NCBI GenBank assembly: GCA_032718475.1
Contig: JAUCBJ010000103.1
Location: 1 to 62,340 of the forward strand
DNA from: Nemertoderma westbladi
Taxonomy: Eukaryota; Animalia; Xenacoelomorpha
Direction of reading: 5' to 3'
Length of the DNA: 62,340 nt
Shown: piece by piece, positions 23,669 to 39,109 of the stretch
Layout of the letters: every line of letters begins with the position of its first letter
Numbering within the stretch: position 1 is the first letter of the stretch
Made by a program: the position numbers and the translations under genes
Notes under the pieces: model-generated
What the model was told of the DNA's origin: nothing
What the model saw: only the letters and a program-made list of their open reading frames with translations
The model's database searches: none

Positions 23669-26600
23669 ACCATATACTGCGTTGAACCCCACGCCCTTAC
23701 CGACCATATACTACGTTGAACCCCACACCCTTACCGACCATATACTACGTTGAACCCCACGCCCTTACCGACAATATACTACGTTGTACCCCACGCCCTT
23801 ACCGACCATATACTACGTTGAACCCCACGCCCTTACCGACCATATACTGCGTTGAACCCCACGCCCTTACCGACCATATACTGCGTTGAACCCCACGCCC
23901 TTACCGACCATATACTGCGTTGAACCCCACGCCCTTACCGACCATATACTACGTTGAACCCCACGCCCTTACCGACCATATACTGCGTTGAACCCCACGC
24001 CCTTACCGACCATATACTACGTTGAACCCCACGCCCTTACCGACCATATACTGCGTTGAACCCCACGCCCTTACCGACCATATACTACGTTGAACCCCAC
24101 GCCCTTACCGACCATATACTACGTTGAACCCCACGCCCTTACCGACCATATACTACGTTGAACCCCACACCCTTACCGACCATATACTACGTTGAACCCC
24201 ACGCCCTTACCGACCATATACTACGTTGTACCCCACGCCCTTACCGACCATATACTACGTTGAACCCCACGCCCTTACCGACCATATACTGCGTTGAACC
24301 CCACGCCCTTACCGACGATATACTACGTTGAACCCCACGCCCTTACCGACCATATACTACGTTGTACCCCACGCCCTTACCGACCATATACTACGTTGAA
24401 CCCCACGCCCTTACCGACCATATACTACGTTGAACCCCACGCCCTTACCGACCATATACTACGTTGAACCCCACGCCCTTACCGACCATATACTACGTTG
24501 AACCCCACGCCCTTACCGACCATATACTACGTTGAACCCCACGCCCTTACCGACCATATACTGCGTTGAACCCCACGCCCTTACCGACCATATACTACGT
24601 TGAACCCCACGCCCTTACCGACCATATACTACGTTGAACCCCACGCCCTTACCGACCATATACTGCGTTGAACCCCACTCCCTTACCGACCATATACTGC
24701 GTTGAACCCCACGCCCTTACCGACGATATACTACGTTGAACCCCACGCCCTTACCGACCATATACTACGTTGAACCCCACGCCCTTACCGACCATATACT
24801 GCGTTGAACCCCACGCCCTTACCGACCATATACTACGTTGAACCCCACGCCCTTACCGACGATATACTACGTTGAACCCCACGCCCTTACCGACCATATA
24901 CTGCGTTGAACCCCACGCCCTTACCGACAATATACTACGTTGAACCCCACGCCCTTACCGACCATATACTGCGTTGAACCCCACGCCCTTACCGACGATA
25001 TACTACGTTGAACCCCACGCCCTTACCGACCATATACTGCGTTGAACCCCACGCCCTTACCGACAATATACTACGTTGTACCCCACGCCCTTACCGACCA
25101 TATACTACGTTGAACCCCACGCCCTTACCGACCATATACTGCGTTGAACCCCACGCCCTTACCGACGATATACTACGTTGAACCCCACGCCCTTACCGAC
25201 CATATACTGCGTTGAACCCCACGCCCTTACCGACAATATACTACGTTGTACCCCACGCCCTTACCGACCATATACTACGTTGAACCCCACGCCCTTACCG
25301 ACCATATACTACGTTGAACCCCACTCCCTTACCGACCATATACTGCGTTGAACCCCACGCCCTTACCGACCATATACTGCGTTGAACCCCACGCCCTTAC
25401 CGACCATATACTACGTTGAACCCCACGCCCTTACCGACCATATACTACGTTGTACCCCACGCCCTTACCGACCATATACTGCGTTGAACCCCACGCCCTT
25501 ACCGACCATATACTGCGTTGAACCCCACGCCCTTACCGCCCATGTACTACGTTGAACCCCACGCCCTTACCGACCATATACTACGTTGAACCCCACGCCC
25601 TTACCGACCATATACTACGTTGTACCCCACGCCCTTACCGACCATATACTACGTTGAACCCCACGCCCTTACCGACCATATACTGCGTTGAACCCCACGC
25701 CCTTACCGACGATATACTACGTTGAACCCCACGCCCTTACCGACCATATACTGCGTTGAACCCCACGCCCTTACCGACAATATACTACGTTGTACCCCAC
25801 GCCCTTACCGACCATATACTGCGTTGAACCCCACGCCCTTACCGACGATATACTACGTTGAACCCCACGCCCTTACCGACCATATACTGCGTTGAACCCC
25901 ACGCCCTTACCGACAATATACTACGTTGTACCCCACGCCCTTACCGACCATATACTACGTTGAACCCCACGCCCTTACCGACCATATACTGCGTTGAACC
26001 CCACGCCCTTACCGACGATATACTACGTTGAACCCCACGCCCTTACCGACCATATACTGCGTTGAACCCCACGCCCTTACCGACAATATACTACGTTGTA
26101 CCCCACGCCCTTACCGACCATATACTACGTTGAACCCCACGCCCTTACCGACCATATACTACGTTGAACCCCACTCCCTTACCGACCATATACTGCGTTG
26201 AACCCCACGCCCTTACCGACCATATACTGCGTTGAACCCCACGCCCTTACCGACCATATACTACGTTGAACCCCACGCCCTTACCGACCATATACTACGT
26301 TGTACCCCACGCCCTTACCGACCATATACTGCGTTGAACCCCACGCCCTTACCGACCATATACTGCGTTGAACCCCACGCCCTTACCGCCCATGTACTAC
26401 GTTGAACCCCACGCCCTTACCGACCATATACTACGTTGAACCCCACGCCCTTACCGCCCATGTACTACGTTGAACCCCACGCCCTTACCGCCCATGTACT
26501 ACGTTGAACCCCACGCCCTTACCGACCATATACTACGTTGTACCCCACGCCCTTACCGACGATATACTACGTTGAACCCCACGCCCTTACCGACCATATA

Positions 26601-29600
26601 CTGCGTTGAACCCCACGCCCTTACCGACCATATACTACGTTGAACCCCACGCCCTTACCGACCATATACTACGTTGTACCCCACGCCCTTACCGACCATA
26701 TACTACGTTGAACCCCACGCCCTTACCGACCATATACTGCGTTGAACCCCACGCCCTTACCGACGATATACTACGTTGAACCCCACGCCCTTACCGACCA
26801 TATACTGCGTTGAACCCCACGCCCTTACCGACAATATACTACGTTGTACCCCACGCCCTTACCGACCATATACTGCGTTGAACCCCACGCCCTTACCGAC
26901 GATATACTACGTTGAACCCCACGCCCTTACCGACCATATACTGCGTTGAACCCCACGCCCTTACCGACAATATACTACGTTGTACCCCACGCCCTTACCG
27001 ACCATATACTACGTTGAACCCCACGCCCTTACCGACCATATACTGCGTTGAACCCCACGCCCTTACCGACGATATACTACGTTGAACCCCACGCCCTTAC
27101 CGACCATATACTGCGTTGAACCCCACGCCCTTACCGACCATATACTACGTTGAACCCCACGCCCTTACCGACCATATACTACGTTGAACCCCACGCCCTT
27201 ACCGACCATATACTGCGTTGAACCCCACTCCCTTACCGACCATATACTGCGTTGAACCCCACGCCCTTACCGACGATATACTACGTTGAACCCCACGCCC
27301 TTACCGACCATATACTACGTTGAACCCCACGCCCTTACCGACCATATACTGCGTTGAACCCCACGCCCTTACCGACCATATACTACGTTGAACCCCACGC
27401 CCTTACCGACCATATACTACGTTGAACCCCACGCCCTTACCGACCATATACTGCGTTGAACCCCACGCCCTTACCGACAATATACTACGTTGTACCCCAC
27501 GCCCTTACCGACCATATACTACGTTGAACCCCACGCCCTTACCGACCATATACTGCGTTGAACCCCACGCCCTTACCGACCATATACTACGTTGAACCCC
27601 ACGCCCTTACCGACCATATACTGCGTTGAACCCCACGCCCTTACCGACCATATACTACGTTGAACCCCACGCCCTTACCGACCATATACTACGTTGAACC
27701 CCACGCCCTTACCGACCATATACTGCGTTGAACCCCACTCCCTTACCGACCATATACTGCGTTGAACCCCACGCCCTTACCGACGATATACTACGTTGAA
27801 CCCCACGCCCTTACCGACCATATACTACGTTGAACCCCACGCCCTTACCGACCATATACTGCGTTGAACCCCACGCCCTTACCGACCATATACTACGTTG
27901 AACCCCACGCCCTTACCGACGATATACTACGTTGAACCCCACGCCCTTACCGACCATATACTGCGTTGAACCCCACGCCCTTACCGACAATATACTACGT
28001 TGAACCCCACGCCCTTACCGACCATATACTGCGTTGAACCCCACGCCCTTACCGACGATATACTACGTTGAACCCCACGCCCTTACCGACCATATACTGC
28101 GTTGAACCCCACGCCCTTACCGACAATATACTACGTTGTACCCCACGCCCTTACCGACCATATACTACGTTGAACCCCACGCCCTTACCGACCATATACT
28201 GCGTTGAACCCCACGCCCTTACCGACGATATACTACGTTGAACCCCACGCCCTTACCGACCATATACTGCGTTGAACCCCACGCCCTTACCGACAATATA
28301 CTACGTTGTACCCCACGCCCTTACCGACCATATACTACGTTGAACCCCACGCCCTTACCGACCATATACTACGTTGAACCCCACTCCCTTACCGACCATA
28401 TACTGCGTTGAACCCCACGCCCTTACCGACCATATACTGCGTTGAACCCCACGCCCTTACCGACCATATACTACGTTGAACCCCACGCCCTTACCGACCA
28501 TATACTACGTTGTACCCCACGCCCTTACCGACCATATACTGCGTTGAACCCCACGCCCTTACCGACCATATACTGCGTTGAACCCCACGCCCTTACCGCC
28601 CATGTACTACGTTGAACCCCACGCCCTTACCGACCATATACTACGTTGAACCCCACGCCCTTACCGACCATATACTACGTTGTACCCCACGCCCTTACCG
28701 ACCATATACTACGTTGAACCCCACGCCCTTACCGACCATATACTGCGTTGAACCCCACGCCCTTACCGACGATATACTACGTTGAACCCCACGCCCTTAC
28801 CGACCATATACTGCGTTGAACCCCACGCCCTTACCGACAATATACTACGTTGTACCCCACGCCCTTACCGACCATATACTGCGTTGAACCCCACGCCCTT
28901 ACCGACGATATACTACGTTGAACCCCACGCCCTTACCGACCATATACTGCGTTGAACCCCACGCCCTTACCGACAATATACTACGTTGTACCCCACGCCC
29001 TTACCGACCATATACTACGTTGAACCCCACGCCCTTACCGACCATATACTGCGTTGAACCCCACGCCCTTACCGACGATATACTACGTTGAACCCCACGC
29101 CCTTACCGACCATATACTGCGTTGAACCCCACGCCCTTACCGACAATATACTACGTTGTACCCCACGCCCTTACCGACCATATACTACGTTGAACCCCAC
29201 GCCCTTACCGACCATATACTACGTTGAACCCCACTCCCTTACCGACCATATACTGCGTTGAACCCCACGCCCTTACCGACCATATACTGCGTTGAACCCC
29301 ACGCCCTTACCGACCATATACTACGTTGAACCCCACGCCCTTACCGACCATATACTACGTTGTACCCCACGCCCTTACCGACCATATACTGCGTTGAACC
29401 CCACGCCCTTACCGACCATATACTGCGTTGAACCCCACGCCCTTACCGCCCATGTACTACGTTGAACCCCACGCCCTTACCGACCATATACTACGTTGAA
29501 CCCCACGCCCTTACCGCCCATGTACTACGTTGAACCCCACGCCCTTACCGCCCATGTACTACGTTGAACCCCACGCCCTTACCGACCATATACTACGTTG

Positions 29601-32600
29601 TACCCCACGCCCTTACCGACGATATACTACGTTGAACCCCACGCCCTTACCGACCATATACTGCGTTGAACCCCACGCCCTTACCGACCATATACTACGT
29701 TGAACCCCACGCCCTTACCGACCATATACTACGTTGTACCCCACGCCCTTACCGACCATATACTACGTTGAACCCCACGCCCTTACCGACCATATACTGC
29801 GTTGAACCCCACGCCCTTACCGACGATATACTACGTTGAACCCCACGCCCTTACCGACCATATACTGCGTTGAACCCCACGCCCTTACCGACAATATACT
29901 ACGTTGTACCCCACGCCCTTACCGACCATATACTGCGTTGAACCCCACGCCCTTACCGACGATATACTACGTTGAACCCCACGCCCTTACCGACCATATA
30001 CTGCGTTGAACCCCACGCCCTTACCGACAATATACTACGTTGTACCCCACGCCCTTACCGACCATATACTACGTTGAACCCCACGCCCTTACCGACCATA
30101 TACTGCGTTGAACCCCACGCCCTTACCGACGATATACTACGTTGAACCCCACGCCCTTACCGACCATATACTGCGTTGAACCCCACGCCCTTACCGACCA
30201 TATACTACGTTGAACCCCACGCCCTTACCGACCATATACTACGTTGAACCCCACGCCCTTACCGACCATATACTACGTTGAACCCCACGCCCTTACCGAC
30301 CATATACTGCGTTGAACCCCACGCCCTTACCGACCATATACTGCGTTGAACCCCACGCCCTTACCGACCATATACTACGTTGAACCCCACGCCCTTACCG
30401 ACCATATACTACGTTGAACCCCACGCCCTTACCGACCATATACTACGTTGAACCCCACGCCCTTACCGACCATATACTGCGTTGAACCCCACGCCCTTAC
30501 CGACGATATACTACGTTGAACCCCACGCCCTTACCGACCATATACTGCGTTGAACCCCACGCCCTTACCGACAATATACTACGTTGAACCCCACGCCCTT
30601 ACCGACCATATACTGCGTTGAACCCCACGCCCTTACCGACCATATACTACGTTGAACCCCACGCCCTTACCGACCATATACTGCGTTGAACCCCACGCCC
30701 TTACCGACCATATACTACGTTGAACCCCACGCCCTTACCGACCATATACTGCGTTGAACCCCACGCCCTTACCGACCATATACTGCGTTGAACCCCACGC
30801 CCTTACCGACCATATACTACGTTGAACCCCACGCCCTTACCGACCATATACTGCGTTGAACCCCACGCCCTTACCGACCATATACTGCGTTGAACCCCAC
30901 GCCCTTACCGACCATATACTACGTTGAACCCCACGCCCTTACCGACCATATACTACGTTGAACCCCACGCCCTTACCGACCATATACTGCGTTGAACCCC
31001 ACGCCCTTACCGACCATATACTGCGTTGAACCCCACGCCCTTACCGACCATATACTACGTTGAACCCCACGCCCTTACCGACCATATACTACGTTGAACC
31101 CCACGCCCTTACCGACCATATACTGCGTTGAACCCCACGCCCTTACCGACCATATACTGCGTTGAACCCCACGCCCTTACCGACCATATACTACGTTGAA
31201 CCCCACGCCCTTACCGACCATATACTACGTTGAACCCCACGCCCTTACCGACCATATACTACGTTGAACCCCACGCCCTTACCGCCCATATACTACGTTG
31301 AACCCCACGCCCTTACCGACCATATACTACGTTGAACCCCACGCCCTTACCGACGATATACTACGTTGAACCCCACGCCCTTACCGACCATATACTGCGT
31401 TGAACCCCACGCCCTTACCGACCATATACTACGTTGAACCCCACGCCCTTACCGACCATATACTGCGTTGAACCCCACGCCCTTACCGACCATATACTGC
31501 GTTGAACCCCACGCCCTTACCGACCATATACTACGTTGAACCCCACGCCCTTACCGACCATATACTGCGTTGAACCCCACGCCCTTACCGACCATATACT
31601 ACGTTGAACCCCACGCCCTTACCGACCATATACTGCGTTGAACCCCACGCCCTTACCGACCATATACTGCGTTGAACCCCACGCCCTTACCGACCATATA
31701 CTGCGTTGAACCCCACGCCCTTACCGACCATATACTGCGTTGAACCCCACGCCCTTACCGACCATATACTGCGTTGAACCCCACGCCCTTACCGACCATA
31801 TACTGCGTTGAACCCCACGCCCTTACCGACCATATACTGCGTTGAACCCCACGCCCTTACCGACCATATACTGCGTTGAACCCCACGCCCTTACCGACCA
31901 TATACTACGTTGAACCCCACGCCCTTACCGACCATATACTGCGTTGAACCCCACGCCCTTACCGACCATATACTACGTTGAACCCCACGCCCTTACCGAC
32001 CATATACTGCGTTGAACCCCACGCCCTTACCGACCATATACTGCGTTGAACCCCACGCCCTTACCGACCATATACTGCGTTGAACCCCACGCCCTTACCG
32101 ACCATATACTGCGTTGAACCCCACGCCCTTACCGACCATATACTGCGTTGAACCCCACGCCCTTACCGACCATATACTGCGTTGAACCCCACGCCCTTAC
32201 CGACCATATACTGCGTTGAACCCCACGCCCTTACCGACCATATACTGCGTTGAACCCCACGCCCTTACCGACCATATACTACGTTGAACCCCACGCCCTT
32301 ACCGACCATATACTGCGTTGAACCCCACGCCCTTACCGACCATATACTACGTTGAACCCCACGCCCTTACCGACCATATACTGCGTTGAACCCCACGCCC
32401 TTACCGACCATATACTGCGTTGAACCCCACGCCCTTACCGACCATATACTGCGTTGAACCCCACGCCCTTACCGACCATATACTGCGTTGAACCCCACGC
32501 CCTTACCGACCATATACTACGTTGAACCCCACGCCCTTACCGACCATATACTACGTTGAACCCCACGCCCTTACCGACCATATACTGCGTTGAACCCCAC

Positions 32601-35600
32601 GCCCTTACCGACCATATACTACGTTGAACCCCACGCCCTTACCGACCATATACTGCGTTGAACCCCACGCCCTTACCGACCATATACTGCGTTGAACCCC
32701 ACGCCCTTACCGACCATATACTACGTTGAACCCCACGCCCTTACCGACCATATACTACGTTGAACCCCACGCCCTTACCGACCATATACTGCGTTGAACC
32801 CCACGCCCTTACCGACCATTACTACGTTGAACCCCACGCCCTTACCGACCATATACTACGTTGAACCCCACGCCCTTACCGACCATATACTACGTTGAAC
32901 CCCACGCCCTTACCGACCATATACTACGTTGAACCCCACGCCCTTACCGACCATATACTGCGTTGAACCCCACGCCCTTACCGACCATATACTACGTTGA
33001 ACCCCACGCCCTTACCGACCATATACTGCGTTGAACCCCACGCCCTTACCGACCATATACTACGTTGAACCCCACGCCCTTACCGACCATATACTGCGTT
33101 GAACCCCACGCCCTTACCGACCATATACTGCGTTGAACCCCACGCCCTTACCGACCATATACTGCGTTGAACCCCACGCCCTTACCGACCATATACTACG
33201 TTGAACCCCACGCCCTTACCGACCATATACTACGTTGAACCCCACGCCCTTACCGACCATATACTGCGTTGAACCCCACGCCCTTACCGACCATATACTA
33301 CGTTGAACCCCACGCCCTTACCGACCATATACTACGTTGAACCCCACGCCCTTACCGACCATATACTGCGTTGAACCCCACGCCCTTACCGACCATATAC
33401 TACGTTGAACCCCACGCCCTTACCGACCATATACTACGTTGAACCCCACGCCCTTACCGACCATATACTGCGTTGAACCCCACGCCCTTACCGACCATAT
33501 ACTGCGTTGAACCCCACGCCCTTACCGACCATATACTGCGTTGAACCCCACGCCCTTACCGACCATATACTGCGTTGAACCCCACGCCCTTACCGACCAT
33601 ATACTACGTTGAACCCCACGCCCTTACCGACCATATACTGCGTTGAACCCCACGCCCTTACCGACCATATACTGCGTTGAACCCCACGCCCTTACCGACC
33701 ATATACTACGTTGAACCCCACGCCCTTACCGACCATATACTGCGTTGAACCCCACGCCCTTACCGACCATATACTGCGTTGAACCCCACGCCCTTACCGA
33801 CCATATACTACGTTGAACCCCACGCCCTTACCGACCATATACTGCGTTGAACCCCACGCCCTTACCGACCATATACTACGTTGAACCCCACGCCCTTACC
33901 GACCATATACTACGTTGTACCCCACGCCCTTACCGACCATATACTACGTTGAACCCCACGCCCTTACCGACCATATACTACGTTGAACCCCACGCCCTTA
34001 CCGACCATATACTGCGTTGAACCCCACGCCCTTACCGACCATATACTGCGTTGAACCCCACGCCCTTACCGACCATATACTGCGTTGAACCCCACGCCCT
34101 TACCGACCATATACTGCGTTGAACCCCACGCCCTTACCGACCATATACTACGTTGAACCCCACGCCCTTACCGACCATATACTGCGTTGAACCCCACGCC
34201 CTTACCGACCATATACTACGTTGAACCCCACGCCCTTACCGACCATATACTACGTTGAACCCCACGCCCTTACCGACCATATACTACGTTGAACCCCACG
34301 CCCTTACCGACCATATACTACGTTGAACCCCACGCCCTTACCGACCATATACTGCGTTGAACCCCACGCCCTTACCGACCATATACTACGTTGAACCCCA
34401 CGCCCTTACCGACCATATACTGCGTTGAACCCCACGCCCTTACCGACCATATACTACGTTGAACCCCACGCCCTTACCGACCATATACTACGTTGAACCC
34501 CACGCCCTTACCGACCATATACTGCGTTGAACCCCACGCCCTTACCGACCATATACTACGTTGAACCCCACGCCCTTACCGACCATATACTGCGTTGAAC
34601 CCCACGCCCTTACCGACGATATACTACGTTGAACCCCACGCCCTTACCGACCATATACTGCGTTGAACCCCACGCCCTTACCGACCATATACTACGTTGA
34701 ACCCCACGCCCTTACCGACCATATACTGCGTTGAACCCCACGCCCTTACCGACCATATACTGCGTTGAACCCCACGCCCTTACCGACCATATACTGCGTT
34801 GAACCCCACGCCCTTACCGACCATATACTACGTTGAACCCCACGCCCTTACCGACCATATACTGCGTTGAACCCCACGCCCTTACCGACCATATACTACG
34901 TTGAACCCCACGCCCTTACCGACCATATACTGCGTTGAACCCCACGCCCTTACCGACCATATACTACGTTGAACCCCACGCCCTTACCGACCATATACTG
35001 CGTTGAACCCCACGCCCTTACCGACCATATACTGCGTTGAACCCCACGCCCTTACCGACCATATACTGCGTTGAACCCCACGCCCTTACCGACCATATAC
35101 TGCGTTGAACCCCACGCCCTTACCGACCCTATACTACGTTGAACCCCACGCCCTTACCGACCATATACTACGTTGAACCCCACGCCCTTACCGACCATAT
35201 ACTACGTTGAACCCCACGCCCTTACCGACAATATACTACGTTGTACCCCACGCCCTTACCGACCATATACTACGTTGAACCCCACGCCCTTACCGACCAT
35301 ATACTACGTTGAACCCCACTCCCTTACCGACCATATACTGCGTTGAACCCCACGCCCTTACCGACCATATACTGCGTTGAACCCCACGCCCTTACCGACA
35401 ATATACTACGTTGTACCCCACGCCCTTACCGACCATATACTACGTTGAACCCCACGCCCTTACCGACCATATACTACGTTGAACCCCACTCCCTTACCGA
35501 CCATATACTGCGTTGAACCCCACGCCCTTACCGACCATATACTGCGTTGAACCCCACGCCCTTACCGACCATATACTACGTTGAACCCCACGCCCTTACC

Positions 35601-36141
35601 GACCATATACTGCGTTGAACCCCACGCCCTTACCGACCATATACTACGTTGAACCCCACGCCCTTACCGACCATATACTGCGTTGAACCCCACGCCCTTA
35701 CCGACCATATACTACGTTGTACCCCACGCCCTTACCGACCATATACTGCGTTGAACCCCACGCCCTTACCGACCATATACTGCGTTGAACCCCACGCCCT
35801 TACCGACCATATACTACGTTGAACCCCACGCCCTTACCGACCATATACTGCGTTGAACCCCACGCCCTTACCGACAATATACTACGTTGTACCCCACGCC
35901 CTTACCGACCATATACTACGTTGAACCCCACGCCCTTACCGACCATATACTACATTGAACCCCACTCCCTTACCGACCATATACTGCGTTGAACCCCACG
36001 CCCTTACCGACCATATACTGCGTTGAACCCCACGCCCTTACCGACAATATACTACGTTGAACCCCACGCCCTTACCGACAATATACTGCGTTGAACCCCA
36101 CGCCCTTACCGACCATATACTGCGTTGAACCCCACGCCCTT
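23669..36141. repeat. 12.5-kb satellite array, 34-bp monomer (about 367 copies) with higher-order structure
   Basis: Monomer ACCATATACT(A/G)CGTTGAACCCCACGCCCTTACCG. Variant patterns recur at 850-bp (25-mer) and 3060-bp (90-mer) offsets. Confidence 0.98.
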
Positions 36142-37446
36142 GTAACGAAATACCAACGCGATATGTATGTACAAACCTCCTTCATCTTCTTAGAGAAAAT
36201 CATAAAACGACCCAGTTGGCCAAAAAATATATCAAATCGATAAGTAACAATATTATGTTCTTTCATTTTTAACTCGAAAAATTTTTGTTAAAGAAACAAA
36301 CCAAATCAAAGTAAGCAAATCTGTCTGAAGAAAATATTAATTAATACTAATTGAGGATTGGTGCCCGCTGCCGCTATAATACTGAAATAAAACAAACATG
36401 ACCCATAATGACTATCGTTTATATAAACACAGATCGACAGATCTAGGTTCACTATTTGCTTTATATGATTAAAACATATTGTGTTAAATATAATTGTGAG
36501 ACAAGAAGTCGCAAGTAAAAACAACGATTAGGACATAATTACCGATGGGATGAGAGGACTAAAAAAAAACAAGGACAACAAATGTATCAGTATACAAGTA
36601 AACGAATCAATAGAAACGGGACATTGAAATTATTAGATGCCAGTAAAGTTCAACAGAAAATACGTAGCAATGGCGGTCTTATCATATGGGATGATAAAAG
36701 AATCAGTATAAATGAGTTCAATGACTAACTTAAACATTGAATTAACTGAAACGATAAAATATCTCTGACCTAGTCGAGCCACATTTGGGTTATCGGTTTG
36801 GGTTTGAAAAGTATAAGTGATCGATGGAGGTGATAGGGAGTCTCCTCTCTCTTGGCATTGCCTGCAAGGAGGGGGATTTTATGGTGCCTCACAAACTCTC
36901 AGGGTATATCACTCTCATTATCTAACAATTTTCTTTACTCCCCCGGCAGAATCCAGTTCCCCGCATCTGTGTTGTGAAATTGTGTCTGACTCGCTCTGTA
37001 GGTCACATATTTTCCACTGGATGGCATCTCCGAAACAGAAACAACAGACCCACGCACAAGACCAGAGTAGCTCATTCTACGGTACCATATTTTTTTTTTC
37101 GTTACCGATTACTATATTTTATTATTGTACAATGTACATTGCGTGACGGCGTTGTTTCAGTCAAATACAGTTATACTAGGTCTCAGTCATGCGCTCTAAA
37201 ATATATATAAACATCCATTCGGCATGTGGGTATTCCGAAGCTGAACTAGCGATTTGCTATAGTGGAGGACCACCCACACATTACACATCAGGATTACAGT
37301 CTGCTGTGCAATTATTCATATAATATTTCGTTTTTATTGAGGAATAAATAAATTCATTTCAATTCAGTTGTGAAGTACAAGGCGAAAGGCACCGCCGCAA
37401 ATTTCATTCTGTACCGGTGTACAAGGCTGAGAGAACTCCCTCTTGA

Positions 37447-37951
37447 AATGACTTCCCAGTTCTCAGCCTAGGCTGAGATCACTCCCCAGTTGTTTCAGCC
37501 TAGGTTGAGATCACTCCCCAGTTATTTCAGCCTAGGCTGAGATCACTCCCCAGTTATTTCAGCCTAGGCTGAGATCACTCCCCAGTTATTTCAGCCTAGG
37601 CTGAGATCACTCCCCAGTTATTTCAGCCTAGGCTGAGATCACTCCCCAGTTATTTCAGCCTAGGCTGAGATCACTCCCCAGTTATTTCAGCCTAGCTGCC
37701 TAGGCTGAGAATACTCACTTAGGCCTGTAGGCTGAGATGACTTCTCTATTGGAGTTATAATTCATATCCGTACCTGTGTTATTTTCGTATATTGCAAAAA
37801 TAAAACTGTAGCCTATGTTATTGAGATATCGTTTATTGTTTTGGTTAGAAAAGCCCGCCACTGTAACCTGCTCCTTTCCGTTAATTAAGAAATCTAGGGA
37901 GAAAACTGGGGAGTGTTATCAGCCTAGGCTGAGAAGACTGGGGGAGAGTCA
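37447..37951. mobile_element. MITE-like inverted-repeat element with a tandemly expanded 32-bp subterminal unit
   Basis: About 8 copies of CAGCCTAGGCTGAGATCACTCCCCAGTTATTT (palindromic core CAGCCTAGGCTG) on the left, and an inverted copy AACTGGGGAGTGTTATCAGCCTAGGCTGAGAAGACTGGGGGAGAGTCAT on the right. Confidence 0.65.
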
Positions 37952-38225
37952 TATTTGTTGGGAAGTTATAGGTACTCTACGCAGTAGATCTACCAACATT
38001 AGTGCAGTAGTGGACTTGGACTAATTCCAAGCTGGGGTACCGGTTCGTTAACGGTACCTGTTTATCAATAATGTTGTCTCTTGATATCTATCACTACACG
38101 ACACGAGATTACAACGAGAGGCGTTTTAAACTCCGAGCCGAGCGCACGAAATTATTGACTTAAATAAATGCAATAAAGAACTGATGACTGATAGGTAATA
38201 ATTAATCAGATAAAATCGGTAGAAT

Positions 38226-38492
38226 ATGACCAATATTGCTGACACATTAGTGGCAGCGCGGGTCCCGAAAACAAGCGCAAACATTTGGCGTGTATTCGGA
38301 GATGTCTGTGAAGGCAGCGACATCAAAGTGAAACTAACAGCAGGATTTCCGGACGACCATGTAGATGACGATGTCAAGAAAGCCTTCATGGAGACCATCG
38401 ATGAGATGGCATCGCGACAATTACCCTGCGATGCAACAGGAAGCAGTACGAGTCTCAAGACTGCACTGTCCGAGTTCTACAGAGACGCCCTT
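38226..38492 (+). pseudogene. Kynurenine aminotransferase / glutamine transaminase K-like gene, 5' part (interrupted by LTR element)
   Basis: Reads NIW...KLTAGFPD...LKTALSEFY. Joins in frame to 52927 once the element and one TSD copy are removed (DAL|LREINPDSEVVLGTGA). Confidence 0.85.
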
Positions 38493-39030
38493 TGTTAGCT
38501 TATTCAATCCCGCCAACACCCCATAAAGTTATTAGCCGATAAGCAATATTGGGAGCCGCGAGATTGGGTAATTAACCAACTCGCGCCATCCCAATAAGAA
38601 TGGGAAGGAAGCACACAATAGAGGGTCAGGGGCCAAACCCCTAACCCAAGGAGAACAGGTGGAGTGAACGGGAATACTCCACGGGGCGCCAACAAGGGTA
38701 TTAACCAATCAGAGGGGGGAATGGCATCGATTGAGTAGCAGTAAGGCCACCGTGCAATATAACCAATAACCTATTAATCAGTGATTCAGTTATACCAGTG
38801 CAGCAGTGCTAGCGTAGGGTACAGCCAATTAGTTTAGTTAGGGGATCACGGGACTTTAGTTACCGTATCCCGCCTTGTACACATTCACAACATATCTATA
38901 TCTTATAACCTCCTATTATACACCGAACTTCAGAACTCAGTCACTTTATTTCATCCTTATACACGGCGGGGACGCGTGGACTAAATTACCACAACCGGAT
39001 AAATCGGGATCCCTCTTGGATCCCGTCACA
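38493..39030 (+). repeat. 5' LTR
   Basis: TGTTAGCTT...CCCGTCACA; no difference from the 3' LTR found by eye. Terminal hairpin CGGGATCC-CTCTT-GGATCCCG. Confidence 0.97.
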
Positions 39031-39109
39031 GTAACTAAAACCGAGCTGCCGCCCTAGTTAAACTCAAAGAACTCCACCCTAGCTAGTCGAACTCCACCGA
39101 GCAGACGAG

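Noticed and set aside
23669-36141. 34-bp repeat resembling a CRISPR repeat in length
   Set aside because: The monomers are head-to-tail with no unique spacers, there are no cas genes, and the context is eukaryotic.
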